A model generated the notes under the pieces. The model was not told the DNA's origin, ran no database searches, and was given only the letters and a program-made list of their open reading frames with translations. Position numbers and translations under genes: made by a program. From positions 16,847,432 to 16,911,431 of the forward strand of contig NC_092679.1 of the NCBI RefSeq assembly GCF_964355755.1: 64,000 nt of DNA. The letters run 5' to 3'. This document shows, piece by piece, positions 38,101-47,460 of this stretch (positions within the stretch are counted from its first letter, which is position 1; every line of letters begins with the position of its first letter). Source of the DNA: Antedon mediterranea (Eukaryota > Animalia > Echinodermata).

Positions 38101-41100
38101 TATTGGGCCAAAACAATCGGCAATTAAAGAATTTAGTGTATTTTGAAGAAGTCCATAATATATTACATTTTAAAGTTTTAGGAGCCCAACTAATGAAATG
38201 AGTCATGCCAGTAGCGTTAAGCTCTGTCTATTATTATTATCAAACTTTATGTGACAAAAAAATGCGATGTGCCCATACAGTATATGAACATGATGATGTC
38301 ATATCTGGGCATATCACTACCATATCTGGGCATATCACTACCATATCTGGGCATATCACCAGCATACTTTTAAACTAGTTTAATAGTGTAAACAGAGCTT
38401 TAGCATCTTCTTAACATCTGTAGTAGTTTGCCAAATCTTGTTAGCATCAATAAAGTAGATTGTGGTTTAAGTTGGTCTGTTCTGTAGGAATATAATTGTT
38501 TATCTTTTGTCAGATACAAGCCAGACATAGAAGGTGTCAATGTAATTGATTGCCTCATTTGTATAGAAAACACTTCTAATTCACACTTCCTTTTTAAATT
38601 TGTTTGCCAAATATTACCCATAATAAACACATCCTTAAATCTCAGACATGTTTTTGCTGGTTTGATATAGACATCAACCTTACATCTTCAGGATACTTTG
38701 TTTTGTAATTTGACATCTAAACTTAGTACAGTACAGTGGATTCCAATATTGTGACGCCTCTCTTTAAGGGGACAAATGTTTTTTTTTAACCCTACAAACC
38801 TCTATTAAGGGGACATTGTTGGTCCATGGAAACTTCATGGAAACTTTTGGGTCCCAAAGGTATCTCCTTAAGAGCTTTAATATATTTCCAATTAAATATA
38901 TAATTTTAATTTAATTACCTCTAACTTTTGTAGGGTTTTATGATTGATAGGTATACATATTATTAATATAGAATTATTTAAAATGTCGGGAATATTAAAT
39001 TAACATATTTTTATTTCCAGTAAATAATAATTTTTTTTTATCAGTTCTTGCCAATATAAACTCATTTTGCATGCTGTGGAATGTTTTATTTGCCTGTACT
39101 GTATACTAACCTAATATTTGGGTCCACGCAAAGAAAAAAAAAGAAAAACACACCATGTTGGTGGCCTTTTAGCCTAACCCATATCTGTTCTGCTTGCAGA
39201 CACGAAATTGGACCTCTCTCCTACGAGTGAGGACTGGGGGGTTGATGAGGGAATGATCAGTAAGCTAAAAGAAGACTATAAAAAGGCACGGAAAGGCAAG
39301 AAGCCTGTCGTTCGTAAGTTGAGGGCGCTGTTCATCAGCATGGGTTGCATGATTGCACCTCGTATAACATCGCTTTAACGCTTGTTCATTTTGCACTACG
39401 CATTCATTACACACGGCTAAGGCGCTGTGCTTTTATTAATTTTGTTACGCTCTTTATTATTCTTACTGCTAACAAAGCTTTTTATTTAGAAATTTTAATA
39501 ATTTGCTATTAAAATATTTCAATTTTTTGACATTTTTTTTTATACTTGAATTTCAAGAGTATCAATTGTAACGTAAAAATAGCTATATTATAATAACATT
39601 TTATTAGTACAGTAAAATTATCTTGTATGCTGACCGCTGTTGCTACAAAAGAAAAATATATTCTGTTTATATTATCTGATTGGATGGGGTATAATTATAA
39701 TTACTGGCTAATTACAAACGACTTATCATCTCTACCTTATATAAACAATATTATAAATTTATCTGTAATCTCTAAGGGATACACAGACGAAGTACATGAT
39801 ACTTTACTGTTCCATAGGCAGTTGAAATAAACGCCGCAGTTTTCAGATGCATTTAAAAAAAAATCTAGAATATCCTCAGGCTTATCCCACGGACCGATTT
39901 TAGGCCTCTAGATATCTTTTCACTCCTCTGCTCAAAAGTAAAATGTAATGAATAGAACCCCAATTTTTTAAAGCATTGAAAACCTTTGATTTGTCAATCC
40001 AACCATGACGTCTTTCATCATTTGCATGCTTATTTTATTTTCGTTTGTTCACATTTTTTGTATATTTAGCATTTTTATTTTGCATGTTTCAGTTGCATCA
40101 ACTAACTCACTACACCATGATGTACCAAGTTTTAATGAAAACAATTTTTTTAGGGTTTTCTAATAGGACGAGTGATCGTCTCAAATCTCAATAGATTAAT
40201 ACCATAGTATATGAAATTGAATACTAAGGAGTTGTTTTATACTTTTGAATGTAATACAGTCAACTATCTCAATAGCGGACTCTCTGAAAACCAGAAACTC
40301 TCCCAATACCAGACTTTTCTTGAGGAGCAAAAGGTCATAAATTGATTTTTACCATTAAAGACACACCATACTTACATTTGGTCAGCCCAAATGTGTCCAG
40401 TATTTAGAGAGTAAAACCTGTTTTCCTGTCGACGCTATCATTAACAATAATCGGCAATCTTCTATGTAAAAATTGAAATGTTAACGATTTACAGGAAAAG
40501 GTACTCGCTATCGTTATCATTTTAACTAGATAGTTTTCAAACGATCGTCGTTGAACTGTTAGCGATCAATGTTGATAACGTTGACAGGAAAACAGGATTA
40601 AAATACACTGAATATGCAAGTATTTATGGGAGGTAGATGTTGATCAGTTAGTGGAGTACATATAGAATACCCATAGTTGTAGGATGGAGGAAATATTTAT
40701 CTGTGGTTGTAGTGTTTTCCGGCGATTCATAGAGCATAACAGTTAGATCCTCTTTAATAATAAATTAATGAAGGAGAAAAGTCGCATCACCCAGGATGTT
40801 CCCTTAATTTTGAACATCAACTCTACACACTGTGGTATGGCTTGTACTGGTGTAACATGTTTCTCCTCAGTCCAAGCTGCGTTCGTACTTATAACTCGGG
40901 CAAAATAATGTTCTGTCTTCATCTGTGATACGCTATACTGATGTTTTAATTAGTTTTTGTAATATTAATACTCGTGGTCTGGGAAATTTAGAGTTGTTGA
41001 CCTAGCATTTTTAGACATCATAGCTGTACATGTTGTTACTAGGGATCACGTCTGCTGTGGTTTTATCTTTTTTATGTAGCTTGGATTGCGTTTTGCACCA

Positions 41101-44100
41101 TGGTTTGTGAGCACTACATGTTATTGTTTAATGATGATAATCATCTATATGCAATTTGATTATATAATATTAATATTAATGTAAAAATATATTAAGTGCT
41201 TTTAAATTGCATATTTTTGCCTACTATGGGAAATGCTGGAATGAATTGTTCATTATAACATTCAAATGCTTTTATTGTTTATAGAACATTTTTTAAACTA
41301 TTGATATTATACAAAATGAATATATAGTACATACAATACCTAAAAATATACTTACTTCGCAAAAAAAACAAACTTTTAAATACAGTATACATGGCTATTA
41401 TCACAATACTTATACAATATTACTATATATTAAATATATTGTATTGATGTTTTACAAAATTCAATATAAAATATTGAAGTACACTAACTTTATATATATC
41501 CTTTCTCATAATGCTATTAAATAATAGCACAATACATTATTTTATTGGAATTTAAATACTGTATTTCATCTAGTAAATAAATATTAATAATTGCTTTATT
41601 AATTTTGAAAATATATGCATATTCAAATTATAAATTTACTAAACTATAAGTAAAATAATTAATTTAAAGTAAATAAAAATATTAATCATTGCTTAAATAA
41701 CTTTTGTATAAAATATTATTTATTAATTACTCTTCCTACTGACAAAAATATTTAGGCATTTTTTAACATCCATAGTATTACCCAAAAATTGCTATAATGC
41801 CATACTTTGTAATTCATAAACATTTCAGAAAAAATAACCCCTTACTTTTTATATTTACATGTGCCCTGCTCTGTTGCAATATTTAGCCAAGTACTTTATG
41901 TATAGCACAATTTCATTTTTTTCTCAATTGATTTCATCCCACACAATCAGTACAGTGTCTGTGAACATTTTTTTTACATTTACATTTTATTATGCATTTA
42001 TATTTAGCTCTTCTTAAATTTTAAATCCCAAAATATTAGAAATTTTATATTTGACATTAAATTAATGTGCAATTATTGTCCCATTCTCTCATTTAGTAAT
42101 CCATGCCGTACCAACTCTGCAAACAACAAAGCCCGCCCTCTATCGACAATGTGTTTGTCAGCCATACTTCAAACAAGCTTATACTCCACAACAAAAATTT
42201 TGTTCGGCTTTATTGCTTAACGTGCGAGCTTGATGTTAAATTCAACATCCATTCTTTTAAGTATTTTTTTTTTTGTAATGAATGTGAATTCTGTCCTGCG
42301 GCTTTAAATAAAAAGCTTAACATTTGTAATCTGAGGCATAAAAAAGACAAGTTTAATTACTCTCAAATCCAAAATACAACGCACAATTAAGTCGCATGAA
42401 CTGTGGTATGGATTAACGGAAAATTAACCGTATTAATAAACATTTAGCTTTGGAGAAAATATTGTCTTGTAACTAGAAATGTATATTAAATATGTACTCT
42501 GCAATATTATTGCCTTGCATATAGTCATTTACTACTGCACAGTTGACTTGCAAATAGCTTTTAATGTCTTACAGGTCCTAAACGTTCAGCGTTACAGGCG
42601 ATGTTGGAAAATCTGGGTCGTGATGAGGGAATTCCCCCTCCCCCTCGAGGAAAACCAATACAACAGGAAGTTGATATCCCAGAATCTGCAGGTAAACAAA
42701 CTTCAATCCAAGTTTCAAACATCAAAATCCTTTTTATTCTGTATGGTATATATATGCTAAAAACTCCTCTTAATTGTGATTGACAGCTCAAGGGGCGTTT
42801 CCAGCAGGGCGTAGACCAATGGTAGGAATCGGTGAAGATGAGGCAATAGAGACGGCGCTCGGGTTAGGAGATCTTGCCAAATTAACAGTTTCAAATGAAG
42901 CAGACGCCCTTTCCAGTTACGATGTAAGTTTTTTCTGCTTCTATTTCCTAAGTATTTATAAAAAATATCTATTCTAAGTATTGGTTGGTTAAAAAATTCA
43001 GTAGATAAACCTACGGTAATTCATTTTAATTTTAGGTGAATGCCGCTGCCACTAAAGACACATTCAGGAAAACATGGAATCCAAAGTATACATTACGAAA
43101 TCACTTTGATGCTGTTCGAACACTGGCCTTCCACCCCGTAGAACCGGTACTTATCACCGGATCAGAGGACCATTCACTCAAATTATGGAATCTAGACAAA
43201 ACAGTGCCAGCCAAAAAGTAAATAATGTGGAATTTAAATATCTGTTTTATTTTGTTATTTATTTTGTGCCAATATTTAGGTAACAGTAGGAGTGGAATTG
43301 CTTTATTTTTAGTATATAAAACAATGACACAAGATGGGATTTGAACCCAGGAATTTGGAATTGATAGGCAAGCATCTTAACCACTAAAGCGTGGTTCCCA
43401 CTAGCGACGCAACACAAGGACGTAACGCAACGCAAGTGAATTGACCAATCACAAGCGATGGCTTATTCGCTTGTGATTGCTAACTGTCTATAACTTCGCT
43501 TGTCATCGGTTAAAACGCTTGCGTTGCATTTACGTCCTTGCGTCAAGTTCTAGTGGGAACCACGCTTAAGCTACAAATCCTCTCCCCAAGTTAATAATTT
43601 GTTCTTAAAATGTTTCTTTGCATAGAGTAAAAAAGTAAAATTCTAATACTGTACTTCCAATAATCACCATTTCGTTTGTTCTTTTCTTCCAGAACTGCAT
43701 CATTGGATGTAGAACCAATCTATACTTTCCGAGGTCATTCGTAAGTAGACATGTTTTACGGTTGAACTGGGAAAACTTTTAATACATATTTTTTTGTGTA
43801 TAAATAATCCCTTTTTTACTAATTATTGAATACACACTCACTCAATAAAGCTCTGTCTACACTATCAAACTTTATGTGACAAAAAATGTGATGTGCCCAT
43901 ATATGGACATGATGATGTCATATCATTTTGATAGTGTGAATAGAGTGTCAGAAAAATTATGTGAGTGAGTGTTCAAGATTTGACTCTCATTTAAGTAAGG
44001 AAAGCATGTATGTGTAACTGTCATGTCATAAATTATCATTATAGGGCGGCTGTACTCTGTCTATCTATCAGTGCAGATGGGTCCAAGTGTTTCAGCGGTA

Positions 44101-47100
44101 GTATGGATTCTACTATTTGTTGTTGGGGTATGCCAGATATAAATATGGATCCATATGATTCCTATGGTACGTACAATTGTCGGTAAATGTTACAAAAGTA
44201 ATCTGCCGAAATTACATATAAGATAAGATAAGATAACTTTTATTGATCCTCAAAAAGGAAATTCATTGCTCGTCATAATAACAAAGAAAACACTATAAAA
44301 ACAAATATAGCATAAAACCATTCATATAAAAACATCTAAAAAATTACAATATAAAATTATCTTCTTGACTTCCTGTTGTACTGGATGATACCGGAGGGAA
44401 TAAAGGATTTAGCAAATCGATTTGTTTTCACACTGAGGAGCCTCAATCTACCACTTGGATTAAGTTGGTCTATGATCACTTTGTGGAGAGGATGAGAGGC
44501 ATCCGACTCAATGCGTTCGAAATCTTTCTGGAGGTGTTCTAGGTGCACTTCGGTAAAGGAAGGCAGTTCCAGACCAATCATTTTACCAGCCCGACGGATG
44601 AAAGTTTCAAGGCGTCCTTTATTCCCTCCGGTAACATTACCAGCCCAACAGGAGAGGCAATACGTCCAAACACTACATATAACGGATCTATAGAACGAAA
44701 GTAACATCAAATCACAGGAGTTAAATTTATATAAAGTTCTCATACAATACATTCTGGGACTTAATTTTTTGCTGATGAAGTCTATATGGTCTCCCCAACT
44801 CAGTTTATCATTGAAAACAATTCCTAGATACTTGTACTGGTCAACAATTTCAATTTCTTTACCTTTGATAGTGATTGGTTGAAAATTAAATTTATGTTTA
44901 GTCCTAAAATCAATGATCATCTCCTTTGTTTTTGATGCATTTATTTGGAGATAATTATCGTCACAAAATTTAACAAATCTTTGTATTTCGCTACGATAAT
45001 TTTCATCATTGTTTGAAACTATGAGACCAATAGTGCTAGTGTCATCAGCGAATTTAACAACGGGGCAAAGCTCATCATTTAAAGATCTGTAATCCGCCGT
45101 ATACAAGGAATATAATTTAGGTGCGTTGACAGTACCCTGAGGAACACCGGTGTCAGAGGTTACGATTTCTGACTTAACACCATTAATATTAACAAATTGT
45201 TTTCTATCACAAATGAAATTTAAAACTAAACGAACAATCGGACGGGGAAACTCCATATTCAACATTTTGTCTGCTAAGATATGGGGTTGTATGGTATTAA
45301 ACGCAGATTGAAAATCAAAATACATAATACGTGCCGAGTGGCCTTTCTTTACATTATCTAGATGTGAATACAATTTATGTAATTTAAAATAAATCGCATC
45401 ACTGGTACTACGGAGTGATCGGTAAGCAAATTGCAACGGGTCTAACACTTTTTCAGCATAAGGTTGCATAATTTTTAAAATAATACGTTCCAATATTTTC
45501 ATCGCGACAGACGTGAGTGCAACGGGTCTCAAATCATTCATGCAGTTAATCTTAGGTTTCTTAGGTACCGGTATTATGCATGAAAGTTTCCAAATATCCG
45601 GGAACGCATGATAAGAAAGACACATATTGAAAATAAATGTAAATATACCATCAAGGTGAGGAGAGCAGACCTTAAGTACTCGTGGTGGATTTAATGGACT
45701 TAAACAATTTTTGTTTGCCTAAATTACGTTGATTTACATATTATTATTATTATCTTTATTTCCCAGATTGCAGTATATTGAAAGAACCATTGATCGGCCA
45801 CACCAATGCAGTGTGGGATATCGCATTCGACGCCACCAAAAACCACCTTGTATCGGCCTCGGCTGATGGTACTGTAAGGTTATGGAACCCTCAACAGAAG
45901 TCTCCACTTCTAAATAAGTACATTGGAGAAAAATGTAAGATATGATATGGTTTATCTCTCAGTCATATCTCATGACTAACAATACGGTAGAACCTCTATT
46001 TAAGGGACACCTTCGTGACCAAACAACTTTGATTATCATATTTCATCATTGTCTTGTCTTTCTTTAGCCTATGGAGTTCCAACCACTGTTGATTTTGTAC
46101 GCTGTGACCCGTGTCAAATTATCGTTGGCTACAAATCCTCAGATGCTGTCATCTATGACCTGGAGACAGCGAAACCAGTGATAACGCTAGATAGCAAGTT
46201 ATTGTCCGACACTGATGGAACCACACAGATTAATTGTGCAATTAGCCACCCAACTCTACCTATAACCATTACTGCACACGAGGACAGACACATACGCTTC
46301 TTTGATAATAATACAGGTAAATCATATATGTCTCTATACCACAAATAACATACATAAAATGTTTACAAAATCTGTTTTATCTTTGTATTTGTGATTTTTA
46401 TTTGTTTCTGTCTTTTCCGTTGGTTTCCTGTATAATTTTTACCGTTTTTAAATACTTTTATCAGTTTATACATTTTAATGTAAATACACAGTAATTCAGC
46501 TTCGGCTGCGGCAGTGATATGAATAAAAGAATATACTCAAATAATGGTTCTATTTTATAACGGCTTCATAGTGGTCTAAATAAACTAGAAAATGTGAATT
46601 GTCATGCATATTTCTATTCATGTTTTAGGTAAAATGGAACACAGTATGGTGGCTCATTTGGATGCTGTAACTAGCCTGGCCATCGATCCAAATGGATTAT
46701 ATCTCCTATCTGGAAGTGAGTATTTGAATAATGTCTTAACTGGTTTGACAAAAGTGTGATGTGCCCAAATATGGTAGTCATATGCCCAAATATAGTAGTG
46801 ATATGACATCATCATGTCCATATATATGGGCACATCACATAGTTTGACAGAGCTTTAGACCAATATGCTCTACGGTAACTACAATACTTTGAACCCATCT
46901 TTTTCTGTCTTGTTGTGTTTGACCAGATTCTTTACTTTCATTGCCTCGTCCTTTGGATGGGACATGATGTCACTGGTCCTTTTTTTAAAATTTTAATGGA
47001 TGTGGTCCAATAGGTGGTCTAATTCGGTGCCATTCTTTATAGATGATAGGTAAATGCCTACATAATAATTTACAACCTAATTAATATATTTTTATAGTTA

Positions 47101-47460
47101 TATGTAACCTTTTTATGGTGGTAATTTTTTATATTTTTGTATAACAGAACGTTTGTAATTTTGTAATTTGAATAATGCTTTTTACCTGTATTTTATATAA
47201 AGATATTGATTGCTATTTTTATTCCATAATAAAACAAATTCCATAGTTGTTTTCTATATTAATAATTGATGTTATTGTCGTTGCTTCCAGGTCATGATTG
47301 CTCGATTAGACTGTGGAACCTAGAAAGTAAAACGTGTGTCCAAGAGATAACGTCACATCGAAAGAAGTTTGATGAAGCGATATACTCGGTAGCCTTTCAC
47401 CCTAGCAAACCCTACATTGCAAGTGGGGGTGCTGACGCTCTGGCCAAAGTCTTTGTATGA
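17103..47460 (+). CDS. STRN3: Striatin family protein (STRN/STRN3-like, STRIPAK scaffold), complete spliced CDS of about 796 aa
   Basis: Seventeen phase-compatible GT-AG exons: 17103-17312, 20182-20285, 23569-23639, 24247-24325, 24992-25186, 34703-34892, 37012-37159, 39200-39313, 42575-42691, 42787-42923, 43036-43217, 43693-43740, 44045-44166, 45767-45934, 46068-46316, 46629-46715, 47291-47460 (2391 nt). Motifs: YTIPGILHFIQHEWARFEMERAQWEVERAELQARIAFLQGERKGQENLK, GRQLLRQYLQEIGY, EALAEFDFL, WD40 repeats ending GADALAKVFV. Alternative in-frame ATG at 17094. The vertebrate paralogue name is nominal. Confidence 0.95.
20781..21706. mobile_element. Degenerate PIF/Harbinger-like element containing a tandem repeat of about 175 bp (20930-21565)
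   Basis: Termini GGTCCTGTTCAGACC / GGTCTGAACATACCC flanked by TTA on both sides. Internal unit ATAAATTGTCTCCCTATATA recurs at about 21122, 21297 and 21471. Confidence 0.6.
22319..22821. mobile_element. Non-autonomous CA...TG element with 8-bp TSD (P- or hAT-like), nested in a Tc1/pogo-like MITE (22251-22901)
   Basis: TSD GTTTTAAC at 22311-22318 and 22822-22829. Subterminal inverted repeats GCCGAAGGCTAGA and GGAACCAACAAGATGG. Outer element ends AGTAGAACCTCT / AGAGGTTCTACT. Confidence 0.75.
27712..29241 (+). CDS. DIRS ORF1, Gag-like protein (509 aa)
   Basis: ATG-initiated ORF with N-terminal Cys/His cluster (CVKC...DRHLECINC...CDVC) and basic, Pro-rich C-terminus. Its position first in the element fits DIRS1 gag. 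Confidence 0.85.
   Translation: MPKQECVKCRGPRSTVKWDRHLECINCRTCTELSPCDVCVRWTPSKFKSLTRPKERTEAVPPPEVGTADTAGPPVVAPEVSLPDMPAPAAASAVPGVNEISPGLLQAIVAAVRALPRDEPEVPSQIRPPPQIPYIDVGPQQTSFFDGSSVRQRDYDSDRTMASLSDDDRDSLREQAGPGEEGLQALVMRTVPAVLSFLGVDFTYREPKHTPSSKRFSTFGVRTPFKKVSSCPVTPLDPELVERVELIAKESKIRRPMPYSLSSAFPVPQKQFELYIAAPSVPEAAKERVREDQNLDPSRTNFLKPSESRTEDVLTSVDRAARETLRAASMAGYLLSFLADPEHPPQGDSDVIALLQQIMGLVVDQQATISLSAAAARRVNVLGATDIAPTDFRRFTTSDSFGAQDLFFGSFSQKEDKWAREREARRETRARFPQKRRASNSRSRTAARPPPAPAAPQQMQPPPPPPAQPMQSQASTSRQASHPPRGMRNRGGKGATNRSGRRYYNVKRR
29246..31264 (+). CDS. DIRS ORF2: reverse transcriptase - RNase H - methyltransferase-like domain
   Basis: VGGRL..F...W, WRPILNLK, IDLKDAYFH, LPFGLSTAP, YLDD; RNase H TDAS / INLLEL / SDN / NIVADALSR; C-terminal DLFAT...YAFPP...IAPYWPRQPWF. 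The frame is open from 29231 and has no AUG near its start. Confidence 0.93.
   Translation: MGAPVPPSEGGQVGGRLKRFSRVWETLTTDRWVLSTVTHGYRIEFSSPPVSGGARHTRIPSEPEKSQALMTGLEALLQKGAVVHVQKEQLTIPGHESTVFLAQKKSGDWRPILNLKSLNKRYIRPRRFRMETVSSILLGLRRGDWAATIDLKDAYFHVPIAQEHQSWLRFRIHDQVYQFVALPFGLSTAPRVFTRLVRTLAAFFHQHGIRVFMYLDDWLIVAQSRDQLLSSLSFVRLVTEQAGFIINEEKSCLLPSQNPLYLGAQINLVTGRACPSIERVAKARTAVLHLINAQAPTAYDWLRTLGSLASFVALVPFCRLRMRPLHLHLLAAYRPRSDSLHKVVPTNAFIISHLEWWLVEDRLLVGTPIQRSIPEVRVETDASEVGWGGHIPSPDIRVSGLWSPEETRAHINLLELWAVERSLEALLPHLANRHVLVNSDNTTVVAYINRQGGTRSPTLCCHTWTLLMWCIRHNIQLSAAHIAGRLNIVADALSRPLLRPTEWRLLPIIATQIFNHFGRPHVDLFATSGNTQLPTFCSRYRDAHAWAVDALSIPWDNLWAYAFPPISILPLVLTHIQRHQCRVLLIAPYWPRQPWFPLLLGLLYDQPLRLPIRNDLLTQGRARFALPNLISLDLTVWPLSGIVSETQAFQMVRPPSRRNPDGNPLLLSTIAD
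29314..32181 (+). CDS. DIRS ORF3: tyrosine recombinase with long N-terminal extension overlapping ORF2
   Basis: C-terminal part has SRRESTLAVY, YRSALAA, LKTAFLIALASCKRRGEL (Arg), CPVRAL, HQVR (HxxR), AAWW and FTSHYL (Tyr). The true start is uncertain; the frame is open from 29242. Confidence 0.9.
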   Translation: MGDPDHRQMGSLHRDTRVSYRILEPSGERRCPAHEDSVRAGKESSAHDGPRSTAPERSCGACSKRTTYDPGTRIHRFPRPEKIGRLATHPKPQKSEQAVHSAPQVQDGDCLIYPVGAKTRGLGSHNRLERRVLSRAYCARTPELAALPHSRSGIPIRSSAVRPLNGPTSVYSSSENPGGVLSSTRHQSVHVLRRLVDRGPVQGPAAEQLIFCPPRDGTSRVHNKRGEVMSSPFSEPSVSRSPNKFGYGPCVPIHRACGQGKNCSATSYQCSGSDGVRLATHLGVTGQLRRPRSVLPVKDAASTSAPSGSIPPKIRLSTQGGSNECVHYLASRMVARGRQVTCGHTYTKVNSGGPCGNGRIRSRLGRSHTVSGHSRLRPLVARGDARPHQPARTLGSRALIGGSSSPSGKSPCSRQFRQHNRRGIHKQARGYTVPHAMLPHVDVANVVYKTQHPTVSGPHCGSSEHSGGRTVPSTSTSYGMASSSNNRHPDLQPLWAAPCRSVCDVRQHAAPDVLQSISGCTCVGGGCPVHTMGQPLGICLSTDFNTATGPDAHSAPSMPSPTNSAVLAQAAVVSTASRPSVRSAVTSSDSERLADAGPSSVCSTEPHIPRPDCMAIVRDRFRDSGIPDGPAALAAKSRRESTLAVYNSRLKHFFEWCKRQKTDPMKVTLGQVCAFLHYLFESGLQVRTVSGYRSALAAVIPNFKDGSTISSSPAISSLLRGMFRERPPTKALIPRWDVNVVLAALMRPPFEPLSRASLYNLTLKTAFLIALASCKRRGELHALSLEPGHIRFERGGARLVFRKDFLAKSQTLNFSPPTVFIPTIAAYSGVEEDRLWCPVRALKFYIKRTESIRVSASHLFVSTVAPFRPAARSTLANWVVAAIRAGYDSTDTPPPAHMHQVRGIAASWALFAGVPLPDILQAAWWRSQSTFTSHYLSDTSANQSTVAALILKPRH
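34089..34140 (-). ncRNA. Candidate minimal type I hammerhead ribozyme (Penelope-like element relic)
   Basis: Minus strand reads CUGAGGA-C-GAUCAA(AGCAUA)UUGAUC-GAAAC-GUC, enclosed by a 14-bp inverted repeat AAGTTTGCGGTACA / TGTACCGCAAACTT. Confidence 0.55.
40414..40598. mobile_element. MITE with about 30-bp TIR
   Basis: CCTGTTTTCCTGTCGACGCTATCA / TGATAACGTTGACAGGAAAACAGG, with TAA-like flanks. Confidence 0.6.
43388..43566. mobile_element. PIF/Harbinger-type MITE inserted in a tRNA-derived SINE head
   Basis: TIR AGCGTGGTTCCCACTAG / CTAGTGGGAACCACGCT, TAA TSD. Related copy at about 33678-34007. The flanks (43333-43387, 43570-43577) rejoin into a minus-strand A-box/B-box SINE head. Confidence 0.85.
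44217..45690 (-). mobile_element. 5'-truncated LINE (Rex1/Babar-like, CR1/L2 group) in striatin intron 13
   Basis: RT ORF extending upstream to PPRVLKVCSPHL near 45688, short 3' UTR, (ATCTT)n tandem tail at about 44217-44236, no evident TSD. Confidence 0.88.
44357..45625 (-). CDS. LINE reverse transcriptase, N-terminally truncated (endonuclease missing)
   Basis: NDLRPVALTS, LDPLQFAYR, DFQSAFNTI, GVPQG, LYTAD, KFADD, KTKEMIIDFR, YKYLG. Uninterrupted for at least 422 codons. Confidence 0.85.
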   Translation of the reverse strand: MCLSYHAFPDIWKLSCIIPVPKKPKINCMNDLRPVALTSVAMKILERIILKIMQPYAEKVLDPLQFAYRSLRSTSDAIYFKLHKLYSHLDNVKKGHSARIMYFDFQSAFNTIQPHILADKMLNMEFPRPIVRLVLNFICDRKQFVNINGVKSEIVTSDTGVPQGTVNAPKLYSLYTADYRSLNDELCPVVKFADDTSTIGLIVSNNDENYRSEIQRFVKFCDDNYLQINASKTKEMIIDFRTKHKFNFQPITIKGKEIEIVDQYKYLGIVFNDKLSWGDHIDFISKKLSPRMYCMRTLYKFNSCDLMLLSFYRSVICSVWTYCLSCWAGNVTGGNKGRLETFIRRAGKMIGLELPSFTEVHLEHLQKDFERIESDASHPLHKVIIDQLNPSGRLRLLSVKTNRFAKSFIPSGIIQYNRKSRR

